DNA of 64,000 bases from Phoronis australis (Eukaryota > Animalia > Phoronida): assembly GCA_002633005.1 (NCBI GenBank), contig NMRA01000043.1, positions 961,588-1,025,587 on the forward strand. Reading direction: 5' to 3'. Shown one piece after another: positions 1 to 12,700 of the stretch. The position numbers and the translations under genes were made by a program. Position 1 is the stretch's first letter; every line of letters begins with the position of its first letter. Under the pieces are notes generated by a model that worked only from the letters and a program-made list of their open reading frames with translations, made no database searches and had not been told where the DNA came from.

Positions 1-364
1 CATAGTCTATGCAGCCAGGAAGCACTCACCAATTTTCATGATCATCATTAGTGCGGTTTAAAAAAATGAGAGGCGGATGGTAAAAATGAGAAATGCCCGG
101 GACTCTCACGGGTGAACTTAGCTGCGATGATTGCAGTGGACAAAAGCCGCCGGGGTTCTGGCAGCCGCGGATACAAAAAACCCTGCCACTTGGAGGCTCC
201 ACAGTAATCGGAACCTCCCGAAAACTATCGTAAGCCTTCCCCTCCCAGTCGGAATTCAGATCATACCAATTTTCATAAATATCGTTAGTTTTAGTGCGGA
301 TTGGCCGATAGGGCCAAGCGCGGCGTGGGGAAAACTAAAAGAAGACTCCAAAACCGTATAAACA

Positions 365-379
365 GCCACTAGAGGGCGC
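365..379 (+). promoter_or_regulatory. CTCF-consensus motif upstream of PGM2
   Basis: GCCACTAGAGGGCGC. Confidence 0.55.
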
Positions 380-760
380 AACATATCATCCGAACAAAAC
401 AAAGAAGGCGCCGTCGTCTCCTATTTACCAAATTTCATCATAATCCGTCATGGAACTCCCAAAAGAGGCAAACACAACAAGAGCAACGTGGAGCGTTGCC
501 CACAGCTGCGCCACAAACGGCATGCTTCTATTTCGCGTCGGACACCAACGCAAACCAGAGTTCATAGTTTTACTATTGCATAGGCACATGTTGTGTTTGT
601 GACCTTCGGACGTGAAAACCTGTAATCGCAAATCCTTGCTTACTATTCACGGTTAGATTAGATTAAGAACATATTATTCTATATTGATTTCACGACCCTC
701 TAGGTCTTGCATCGCCACTGGAGGTACTACAATAAAAGCAAAGACTTGTATGGAAGAAGC

Positions 761-3700
761 ATGGTGTTATCAACTGGATGTCTCGATGTGGACGAGAAAT
801 TGAAGTTATGGCTATCTTGGGACAAAGCAAGTTTGTTTTGTCTTTTCACCATCACCGCCAGTTCCTATCAAGTCTCAGACACCCTGATCATTTTGATTGT
901 CCAAATTCCCTGGTGCATATCTGCAATGTATTTGTTTCAAAAATCAATATTACTGAATGTCCAGTGTTTGTAATTTAAACTGAGTATACTCGGGAACCCA
1001 ATGGTCGTCCGCCTAAGCATAAAACCGACTTGCTGTTGTACTCACCGAATTATTCCACTTCAAAGTTATGATCTGAATAGGATTCGATTTAACTCTCACA
1101 GATATACCGCATTCATCGATTCGGAAGTTTTCTTTAATTTGTGCCGAGTTATTTCAAATGTGCACTGCCNNNNNNNNNNNNNNNNNNNNNNNNNNNNNNN
1201 NNNNNNNNNNNNNNNNNNNNNNNNNNNNNNNNNNNNNNNNNNNNNNNNNNNNNNNNNNNNNNNNNNNNNNNNNNNNNNNNNNNNNNNNNNNNNNNNNNNN
1301 NNNNNNNNNNNNNNNNNNNNNNNNNNNNNNNNNNNNNNNNNNNNNNNNNNNNNNNNNNNNNNNNNNNNNNNNNNNNNNNNNNNNNNNNNNNNNNNNNNNN
1401 NNNNNNNNNNNNNNNNNNNNNNNNNNNNNNNNNNNNNNNNNNNNNNNNNNNNNNNNNNNNNNNNNNNNNNNNNNNNNNNNNNNNNNNNNNNNNNNNNNNN
1501 NNNNNNNNNNNNNNNNNNNNNNNNNNNNNNNNNNNNNNNNNNNNNNNNNNNNNNNNNNNNNNNNNNNNNNNNNNNNNNNNNNNNNNNNNNNNNNNNNNNN
1601 NNNNNNNNNNNNNNNNNNNNNNNNNNNNNNNNNNNNNNNNNNNNNAACTTGTTTATTTAGCATAACCCCCCCCCCCCAGCATCCCCCCCCCCCCAAACAC
1701 ACAGATTTTTTTGCAAAAAAATACATAGACCAAGGTTTTTACATCTAAGTTTACAAAACAGCCTTCTGGACTGTAGTGAGAATTTTTACTAAAAAAAACT
1801 GTGTCTAGACCAAGACTTTACAATGCTATCAACCAAGTGTGAGCATAGCAACATTGTGTATACTTTGTATATACATTGTATATGTTTTCCTGCTTTGAGA
1901 AAAGAGCCACCTCTGTGAGTCTTCATAGGCTTCCTAGTAATTACAATGTGTGTGTCCAAACTTGAAAGGTTCCTATTGACAGTGGGTGTCCAAATGATAC
2001 ATTGGGCGTCCTTGCCAGGGTATCCATATTAGTACTAGGGCGTCCAAATGGACCTACACTGCATAAAGGCCTGCTCCCACACATACAGTGTGTTTTTTAC
2101 AAAAAATGCGTAGAGCAAGGCTTTTAAATCTAAGTTTACAAAAACAGCTCCCTTGTAGTGAGCTTTTTTCTGAAAAATGTGTGGATCAAGACTTATACGT
2201 CTAGATTTATGAAAACAGCCAAATAGCTTACCAAACAGGTATTACAGATATTACAGATATTGGTTGAACGATGAGTGCAGTGTTTTTGGTAATCTCAAGT
2301 CAAATTGCTGTTATAAAGTTAATCATATCATCTGAACTAGCTTTTATATTCTGTACAACGAGTCATTAAAGCTACAGTTACCAGCACAAGAAAAATGCAG
2401 TTGATGTCTGGTTTATATTTTGGCAACAGGTGTCACTACTGCTCCATATTAAGATGCACATAGAAAAGCATGAAACAGGCGCAAACTTAAAGATTTTAGA
2501 TGAGGGTATTCATCTGGCACATCATATTATTAAAATAATGACATTTATTTCACTATTGATGTTTTTTAAAAAGATGAAAAACATGAAACTACAGCTCTGA
2601 AACACCAGTTTTGAGTTAACCAAAGTTGGTGTCCCTGTATAAAGTACTGAATTGCAGTTAGGTATAAGACCACTGAAAGCTGAGACACTCTGACAAACAC
2701 TGCTAATGATTGACAGGTCTTCTAAATACTTTGAAAATAGTTTGAACATTGCAACATTTTATGTACATTGTAAATTTCTTTCTGAGTTGAAAGGGACAAC
2801 TCTCTTGAACAATCCCCATCTTTCATTAACTGGGAGTCCTAGTGATCTTACAATGTGGGTGTCCAAACAGGAGAAATTCTGATTGATGGGCATCCAAATG
2901 ATACATTGAGCCTCCTTGCCAGGGCGTCCAGATTAATGCTAGGGCATCCAAATGAACGTCCAGGACGTACCCTGCATGAAAGCCTGGAGGTATTAGTATG
3001 AACATTTCTGGGTGTATAGTGTAAATTTTTGCATAAAAGTTGTGTGCCAAGTCGGGACAGTTTTTGATTAACAGTAACTATTCACTTATTTTTAACACAG
3101 CAACAGGCGAGCGGAATTTCATTTGATGAATTTTCTGTTCAAAGATGAAGATTTATTATAAGCTTGGTTTGTGAGTTATGTAGGTGTTGCAAAACTGATA
3201 TTTGATAAAGTTTCCATAATGTGCAGCAAGGTAATCGGCCTTTGGGAAGAAAAATGACAATTTTGGCAATTATCTTTAAATGAAAAGTAATTTTACTTCA
3301 AGCTTGTCATATTTTACAGAGTCAAGGCAGTATATCTGAAGATTACAATTCTGTCAACTATTACTTGAAACTTGAATATTTTTATATTCTACAGAATGAA
3401 GGCAGTAGATCCGAACTGTCTCTACTTGCTGAAAAAAACGATGTTGATGAATTGCGGAGACGTCTGTGCTCCAGGCTTGAGTTTGGCACTGCTGGTAATT
3501 CACACATATTGTTTGCATTTCATCATTGGCTCTTTCTGTTGTTCGCTGTGGTTAATGTTCACAACACTTTCAGTTGTTGAAGTATTTGATTAAAGGATAA
3601 TGGAGCAACATACAGTAGTCGTGGATGAAATTTTGACAAAATTTACAAGGAAACCATACATAAATGTGCTGTCTTAATTGTTTAGAAACCAGTGGGAGTG

Positions 3701-6700
3701 TTCATTGATTTTTTATTACTTTTTTGAAAACTTAATTTGCATGTATTTGATGTTTAAGCTTAAATTTGATCATGCACAAAATGCTTGCTGCATTTTGTTT
3801 TTCTTTATAAATAGTTTTTATAATCGAAAGTTTGAGATTTTGCTACGACTGGTAACAAGAATATCATCTGATGGCTGATGAATGTCACCTCTCGTTATGA
3901 AATGGTGCTGGTGTCCTTGAACAATTAAAGTTAGGTAAACTATCAGTCTAGCAGAGAATGTCTATGTGAGCTTAAGAGCATTTAAAGCAGCAGCAGCAGA
4001 CATCTTCGAAAACATTATTTTGGTTCATGTTTTGGTTTTTAAATACAGTCGACTAGAATTTTAGTTACGCATCATAAAAGCACAGCCTGAATGAAGTTTG
4101 TTGATTGCTGCTATGAGGCGATTCGTTGCTGAGACCTTATTCCAGTTTGAAAGTCATGATTTCAACTAGGATGAAAAATATGGTTTGTTTAGGTTTGCGC
4201 GGACAAATGGCAGCTGGGTTTAGTCGAATGAATGACTTGGTGATAATCCAGACTTCGCAAGGTCTTGCTAAATACCTGCTCATGACACAGCCCAAAGTAA
4301 AGGATAGAGGTGTCATCATAGGGTATGATGCCAGACATAACAGCCAAAGGTGAGGCCTGTTGATTGGTGGATAATCTAGGTGGAAGTGAATGTGAGCTAG
4401 GTCATTGAGTATAGAGGCCTTCAATACAAATAAACGTATTATTATTATTATAGACTATGTACTGGCCACACAGATATCACATCGGAAATCTTAGTTGCAT
4501 TCTGTATCGGGCCAACATGTGTGCTTTTTGTGAACTTATTGAGAAAAATTTCTAGATGTTTGAAATATATATGTGCTCTACATTTTTTCAGTGTCAGAAT
4601 AAATATTAGCTATGTAATTAGTATAGTTAATTCCATTGAAGTTGCCCAAAATTTGTATATTTATGTACTTTTAAGACCATGGGGTCAAACTTGTATACAT
4701 GTACTTTTGGTGTTTATACGTACTTTTGGATAATATTTACATCTTTTACATCTTTTGTAAGGATTCTGGAAATTTCTGAGATCATATTGTAACAGCCAGT
4801 GGTGTGATTAGATAAGATCATGTGGTTTTTGATAGCCAATCCTTAAGTAAGTGCATTATTATATTTAAGGCAGAAGACAAAATTCAAAAAGAGTGTCTGA
4901 GTTAATGTTAGTCATTGGGCTTAGTATTATCAAGTCGCTGCTTGTTGAACAGTTCTGAGGTATTACTAAAGTGAATGTATGTTGAGCCGCATTTATTGGG
5001 TGAGGAGTCACTTGTGGCATTATTTGCCTCCAGTCCTGTTTTGGTTGCTGATGCCTTATTTATATGTCAAGTAACTTACTGTTTGTATCTTACAGGTTTG
5101 CCTGGCTAGCAGCAGCTGCTATGATATCATGTGACATACCTGTGTATTTGTTCTCCAGTATTTGTCCAACTCCATTTGTGGTGCGTACAATTTATGCATT
5201 TCACTCTGTTACAGCTCATCCTTGTGATTTATCTTACTGTGTCTACTGTCATGGTGTGAGTAAATGGGCCAGTTAAGTTAATCTTGGGCCTTAATAAACA
5301 ACATCAACTCTAAGTCAATGGGCCAGTTAAGTTAATCTTGGGCCTTAATAAACAACATCAACTCTAAGTCAATGGGCTAGTTAAGTTAATCTTGGGCCTT
5401 AATAAACAACATCAACTCTAAGTCAATGGGCCAGTTAAGTTAATCTTGGGCCTTGATAAACAACATCAACTCTAAGTCAATGGGCCAGTTAAGTTAATCT
5501 TGGGCCTTAATAAACAACATCAACTCTAAGTCAAATATCGAAAAAACTATGCTTTGCCAAACATTAAAAGTATATATTTTCTGAAAGGAGAAAGTTTTAG
5601 GATTCTATGTGTCTTTATTATTGTCAGGTGGTCACATTTTTTAAGTCACGTTTTCATGTACAAGAAAGGTACGTTCATAGCAAAACATGAAATCAATAAG
5701 ACTGCTATTTTTTTCCAAAAATGCCTTGCGTTTTGCAAGATAATTTGGCATAAAACCTGAACTAAATAAATAGCCAAAAATTCCTAACAGCATTTGTGAT
5801 ATGTAACGTAAAGTTTTCATTTAAAAAGTTTTAGTAAAATCGGCTGGGAGGTTATTGGAGGGATATTTTGCTGTGAATGTACCTGTCTTCCACGTGAAAT
5901 TTTGACTTAAAATGTGGTCAAGTGACAGTAATAAAGACAGTAATAAGAAGCATATTTTTAGAATCTTCGATGTTTCTCCTTTCAGAAAATATAACTTTTA
6001 AATGTTGACAAAGCATTATGATAGTTTTTTCGATATTTGACTTAGAGTTTCGGTCGTTTATTAAGGTCCTAGATAACCTTAATGAGAGTGAAGTTGTTTG
6101 TACTGTAATGAAACCACTTGTATGGTAGGATAGACTGAAACTTGTTCTTTTTAGTTTAATTTTCTTTGGCTTCTGATTTTTTGCCTAGTTTATTAATTGA
6201 AAAAGATTGAAACGTACAATCCAGCAAAGCATGCCGTTTTGTGCATTATTGCAATATCAATTTATGACCTGTTGTGTTCTTTTTAATGTTTTGGCTAGTT
6301 TTCTGTATGCTTACATTGCTGAATAAATTGTTTCATGCAAATATATGGCACGCAGTAGGGCTNCAGGTGGTCACATTTTTTAAGTCACATTTTCATGTAA
6401 AGAAAGGTACGTTCATAGCAAAACACGAATAAGACTATTTTTTTCCAAAAATGCCTTGCATTTTGCAAGATAATTTGGCATAAAACCTGAACTAAATAAA
6501 TAGCCAAAAATTCCTAATAGCATTTCTGATATGCAATGTAAAGTTTTCATTTAAAAAGTTTTAGTAAAATCGGCTGGGAGGTTATTGGAGGGATATTTTG
6601 CTGTGAATGTACCTTTCTTCCACGTGAAATTTTGACTTAAAATGTGGTCAAGTGACAGTAATAAAGACAGTAATAAGAAGCATATTTTTAGAATCTTCGA

Positions 6701-9700
6701 TGTTTCTCCTTTCAGAAAAAATAACTTTTAAATGTTGACAAAGCATTATGATAGTTTTTTCGATATTTGACTTAGAGTTTCGGTCGTTTATTAAGGTCCT
6801 AGATAACCTTAATGAGAGTGAAGTTGTTTGTACTGTAATGAAACCACTTGTATGGTAGGATAGACTGAAACTTGTTCTTTTTAGTTTAATTTTCTTTGGC
6901 TTCTGATTTTTTGCCTAGTTTATTAATTGAAAAAGATTGAAACGTACAATCCAGCAAAGCATGCCGTTTTGTGCATTATTGCAATATCAATTTATGACCT
7001 GTTGTGTTCTTTTTAATGTTTTGGCTAGTTTTCTGTATGCTTACATTGCTGAATAAATTGTTTCATGCAAATATATGGCACGCAGTAGGGCTGTAAAGCG
7101 GAATTTTTATCAATTTCTCAGCAAACATGAAAATTATATGTTGTTGATAGCGTAGTTTGTATTATGTAACTGTCATAAAATACCTCTTGGTGAATTTTTG
7201 ATTGTGTCATGTTTTTCCCCGTGTGTGGGTGGGTGCAGGTGGTTACCAACCGGTGCTAATAGCTTTCGGTGCGACGATAAACTGAAGACTGGTTCGATGT
7301 AATCCTTTTATTAATCTCGACCGTATGTTCACAAGCCTACTCAAACAAAATGTCCAACGTAATGTCTGTTCTATGCTCCAGCCAGTGCTGCGAAGCCTTG
7401 ACTTGTGATGAACTTCTGAGACACTTCCAGCAACTGTTACACTTGCTGATTCAAATAAGCTGCTGTCTTTATAGATGGCTCTCTATTGACTGTCGCTGTA
7501 ACTGCTGGTTCTCTTCACTGCAACTCAACTGTCATTCTCTCAACTGTTCAACTGTTAACTGCTTCTCTTTACTTCTGACTAGTACAAACTTGTGCTTGAC
7601 AGACTAATGCATTGTTCTAGAACTTTTCACCAGTTCAAGCACATTCCAGAACTTTCCGGAATCTACCCAATCATTCTACAAACATATGCTAATCTCTAGA
7701 ATATTCCAAACTGCATTAATCACTGTCATGCTAGAGTCTTCTAGAAAATTCCACACTATACAGTAGTAAACAAATTACATCATCACTGTACTAAACTCAG
7801 TCTTCTAGAAAGTTCCATACTATTCTGTAGTAAACAGATTACATCATCATTGTACATAAGTCAGGGGTCATGTCAATCAAACAGAACAACAAAACAAAAC
7901 AATGGAACTAAAAACAGTGTCAGTCTATATTCTGACAGATTGTTTATAACTTTGCAATCTGCCTTTGAAAAAGGGAAAAGTGACAATTCTGGCCACCATT
8001 TTGTGTGAAAAATTAACTGAAGTATTACTGTCCCTGAATTGAAGTTTCTTAGAATTTTTTTGTCGTATGTTACAATATTTTGTCATTTCCAGGCATTTGG
8101 TGTTCTAGAGTATAACTGTGTCTGTGGTATCATGGTGACGGCCTCTCATAATCCAAAGGAGGACAATGGTTACAAGGTAGGAACACTTGGCAAATGTTGG
8201 GTGTGGGTGAAACCAGTCAAAACAAAGTGGTAGAGTATACTTTGGGTGAACCCAGTCAAAAAAGTGGTTGGGTATACTGTGGGTGAAACCAGCCATTAAA
8301 AAGTGTTTGGGTATACTGAATGTGATACCAGTCATTACAAAGTGGTTGAGTATACTGTGGGTGATATCAGTCAATACAAAGTGGTTGGGTATACTGTGGG
8401 TGAAACCAATTATTACAAAGTGGTTGGGTATACTGTGGGTGTAACCATTCATTACAAATTGGTTGGGTATGCTGTGGGTGATACCAGTCAATACAAAGTG
8501 GTTGGGTATACTTTGGGTGAAGCCAATCAATACAGATTGGTTGGGTATACTGTGGATGAAACCAGTCAATACAGATTGGTTGGGTATGCTTTGGGTGATA
8601 CCAGTCAATAAAAAATGGTTGGGTATGATATGAATGAATTACTCTTCCGTTCCTTAACCTTACTTGATATTTTGAATTGTTTTATTCAAATTAAAAAACT
8701 TGTGATCATGCTAATTTTTTAATGAATGGAAGCAATATCTTGACCAATTTTGCAAACACCATAGTAGTTAAATGTGTTTAGGTACATATCTTTAACATCT
8801 GTTTTCTCTTAACCTATTAGTATTGTTATCAGTACACAATTTGTTTTCCTTCGCCTTCTTCACTTTTTGTTTCTTTTTTGCTTAGTTATAAACTTGTTAA
8901 TTTCAAACATTGTATTGTTTTTGTTGTTTTTGTTCTTTCTTTAATGTCTGTTATTAGAATATCATATAGCATAATGTCTGTTATTAGAGTATCATATAGC
9001 ACAATGTCTGTTATTAGAGTATCATATAGCACAATGTCTGTTATTAGAGTATCATATAGCACAATGTCTGTTATTAGGGTATCATATAGCACAATGTCTG
9101 TTATTAGAGTATCATATAGCATAATGTCTGTTATTAGAGTATCATAAAGCACAATGTCTGTTATTAGAGATCATATAGCATAATTTCTTTGTATTATGTG
9201 TAAACTGATATAATGATCTGCCTTCTGAGTTATCTGTATTATTTTATATGATTCTGTTGCTTGAAGTAAAATATATTTTTGAATGGAACACAGTGAGTTG
9301 GCCAGTGTAGATGAGAAGTTAGTATCACAAGGAATGAATGTATTGGCATGTTAGTCAACGACTGGTTTACTAACTTACAATGCAATTACTGCTGGCTAAG
9401 AGCATTTAAATTTGCCTGAAAATTAAGGAAAAATAAACATCACGTTTGTTTTTCCTGTCTAGTAATTCTTCCCATATTATCATGTGAATGCCTTGGAGTC
9501 ATCTTTCTAACACCCAGCTTCTGAGTTCAATTTTAATAGAAAACGAATGATTCCTAGCTAAAAATTGGTTTAAACTAATTGTTTGTTAGTGACTTGTATT
9601 ATTTTTCCATGGAAAGTTAAAATGGAACAAATAAAATCCGTAGAAGCCTGTGGTATTCTTTTTCTGAGTATATGGTAAAATCTTTGCTATTTAGGACACA

Positions 9701-12700
9701 AGTGAAATTTTGTTTTATCATTTTTTTGTATGAAGCAAGAGTAGTACCAAATTGAATGCTTTTCCATGTTCAAATCTTGTACCATTGCTACCCTCAGACA
9801 CAGTTTGGAAAACTGGCCATTCAGGATAGTGTTAGTGATAGTGCTAGCGAAAAAAGTTGCCATTTTGGCATTAGTTTTGTCCAAAATTGGTGAGACTTTA
9901 TCATATGTGTGTATGTATTGCTATAGAGGACCATTTTTGAATGCAAATATGCCAGAGTTCTTTTTGCCTGGTATAGGTGCGATGAGGACTGTTTCTAGCA
10001 AAATATCTAACTTCATGATGGCATTTGGTTATTTGTCAGTGGAACTACACTTTTTTAATCCATTGGCCACAAATGTTGCCTGTTGAATACATATTTTATG
10101 TAAGCTTTCTATTCTTTATTTCAGGTGTATTGGGATAACGGAGCACAGGTAAGCTGTATCCCAATGCTTTATTTCAGGTATTTTGAGATATTTGTGCATG
10201 GCTACTTGTACTTCATATCATTATAAAAATAAATGTAGGGTTTGCGAACATTTTTAAGTCTGGTCTGCACACCACCTATTGGCTACATCACATCTTAAAG
10301 ATAAAGATATTGATTAATTTCAGTAAACATATCTACTAAAAGTTGTTGATGAAAATTCTTCTATCTTACAATGGATGACAGCATTATTTAATACGAATAG
10401 TTGATCAGTTTTGTTCTCGTAATTTCTAATCTCTGATCACCTTTCTGTCTTATGTGCTATGTGTAAACCTCTATATAGTGTGTGAATGAACTAACAGCAG
10501 TTAATTGTAGATTATCCCGCCCCATGATAAGAGTATTGCTTCGTCTATCATGGAAAATCTTGAACCTTGGCGGTTTGCTTGGAAGACGGATGCTGTAGAC
10601 AGTTCTCTGCTTGTCAAAGATCCCATGGAAAAAGTGCGGCAGAAATATTATGGAAGCCTTGCGCCTTTGTGCCATTACAGGTGTGCAAATGCTTCCTCGT
10701 AGATAAGAAGCGTTCCCTCATAGATGAGCTGGTGCAAAGTTGTAGCCTCAGGTGAACAGGCTACGGGGAAGCAAAAACTTGTATTAGAATAACGCAAAGT
10801 TACCACTTAATACTTTTCACTTTTGTTCCTTTGTGAACCTCTGTATCTAAAACTTGGCTTTTTAGCTGATTTCTTTCACTTTGTTTATGTGAGTTGCCGC
10901 TAATTTTGGAGGTCATTTCCTGAATATGGCCTCTGTGTCCAGTTTGAGTGGAAATTACAAAATACTTTACTCTTGTTCCATTTTCAAAAACAAAGGCCAG
11001 GTTTTTAAATTTATTACATCAAAAAGAAATGTTGAAAATAATGCTAGATGTCTTGCAAAGTAAGTTGATTGATTATTTCCAGGAACCTCAACTCTGAAAC
11101 GACTCTGAAGATTACCTATTCAGCTATGCACGGTGTTGGCTATGAGTTTGCTAAAGAATCATTGGCCAAGTTTGGTTTCCGACCTCCAATCCCAGTCAAT
11201 GAACAAGTAAGTAAGCCGACTTTGACTTGTAGTAGTGTGCCCATGTTCTAATTCAAACATGAGTTCAAATCTCTCAAGGCTTTGTTGTTAAACCCTTTAG
11301 TTAGATCTAGCTCCTAAGGGTTTTAACATTGTACATGTCCTGCGGTCTTCTTCATGCTGTGTCACTTTTGAAAAGTGTAGTTGCGCATTTATCGAATCTA
11401 CTTCTGATGAGTTAAGTGGCAACAAATGTTTTTCATGAAGCTCAATGGCAGGTATAAGTTTATCCTAATTGTCCTAGTCATGCTGGTATTGTGACTTTTT
11501 CGTCCTGGAAAATTTATTGACTGTTTACATGAATGAAAATGAAAGTTGAACATCTAACAGCCAAGCGCCTTACAGAATCTAAGCCGACTTGAAAATAAAC
11601 CAGCATAATTTAGGGCTTGGAATTTTCCGCGGAAACGCGGATTTCCGCTTTTTTCAAATGTTCTTTCCGCGTATTTTATAATATTTCCGCGTAAAAAAAA
11701 TCGAATTTGATTTAAAATTTCCGCGGCAAATTCCTTTCTTACCGCGGAGTTGCAGACGACGTTCACCTCGAAAAGCGGAAGTTGCTCTTTATGTTTCGGA
11801 GGAACGTAAATTGTCAACATTGTCGGGGCATCTGGGATAGCATGGTGGGATTTTCAATGGCGTCTCGTGTTACTGTAAACCGCGGCGACAAATACTACGG
11901 CTCTGCAGCCAAAAGTGTGTGGATTGGGAGTCGACGGGCGACCTAAAAGGACGCAGACGCAGGCTACTGATGGTGGTAACGTTTTTTTTTTGTGTATTTT
12001 TTTAGTCCTCGGGGTTCACACCGACAATTTCAAGGCTGGGTAGTGCGCATGATTTGGACCGAAAAAGTTTCCGCGTTTTTTGCCATTGGTCATTCCAAGC
12101 CCAGATAATTATACTTCAAGATGTAAAGATATTTCGTTAACTTGCATTAAGAATTTTGAATTGTTGCTTGCCAGTAGCAGATCACATTTCATAGAGCTGT
12201 GGGCATTATGTTTGGCTGAAATTTTGTGTGAAAAAAATCTACTAAATAAATACAACGTTTATAAAATTTAAAGATTTTGATTTTCAGTGTTTTTTTTGCT
12301 TGAAAATGCAAAATCTAATACCATATTCACCCTAACAAGCGCCCATGCCCCTATAAGCGCTCATGCCCCTATAAGTGCCCAATGCCCCTATAAGCGCCCC
12401 CCACGTGTTTTCAGACTTTGCTAAAATGAGCGCCCAGTCCCTGAACGTGTACATGCGAAAAATGTCTTATCTACAGATCTAAAATTCTACAGTAACGTCT
12501 TCAGTTTATCAATAAGATCTGACAGTCCTGAAGAAAGTCATTGAGCACGGAATTTGTAAACCACGAGCCTTGTCGTTATGTCTGTATTTAGCTGTGACTA
12601 TACACTTCAAACTTCCACCATGCTTCAAAAAGAACCAAAAGTTTTGCTGATCTTGTGAGGAATGTGTCCCATTATGGCCTGGCCTTTCAGAACAGATGCA

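Noticed and set aside
1001-1748. Long ORFs of 170-220 aa in the ORF track
   Set aside because: They run through the N-gap (poly-X) and carry no information.
3860-3915. Possible hammerhead ribozyme core (CTGATGA...GAAA)
   Set aside because: Stems I and II cannot be formed convincingly.
8105-8611. Repetitive ORFs on both strands ([10 protein letters not shown] / GFTHSIPN)
   Set aside because: By-product of a 39-bp intronic minisatellite whose unit is a multiple of three; same for ORFs at 8878-9152 and 16439-17075.
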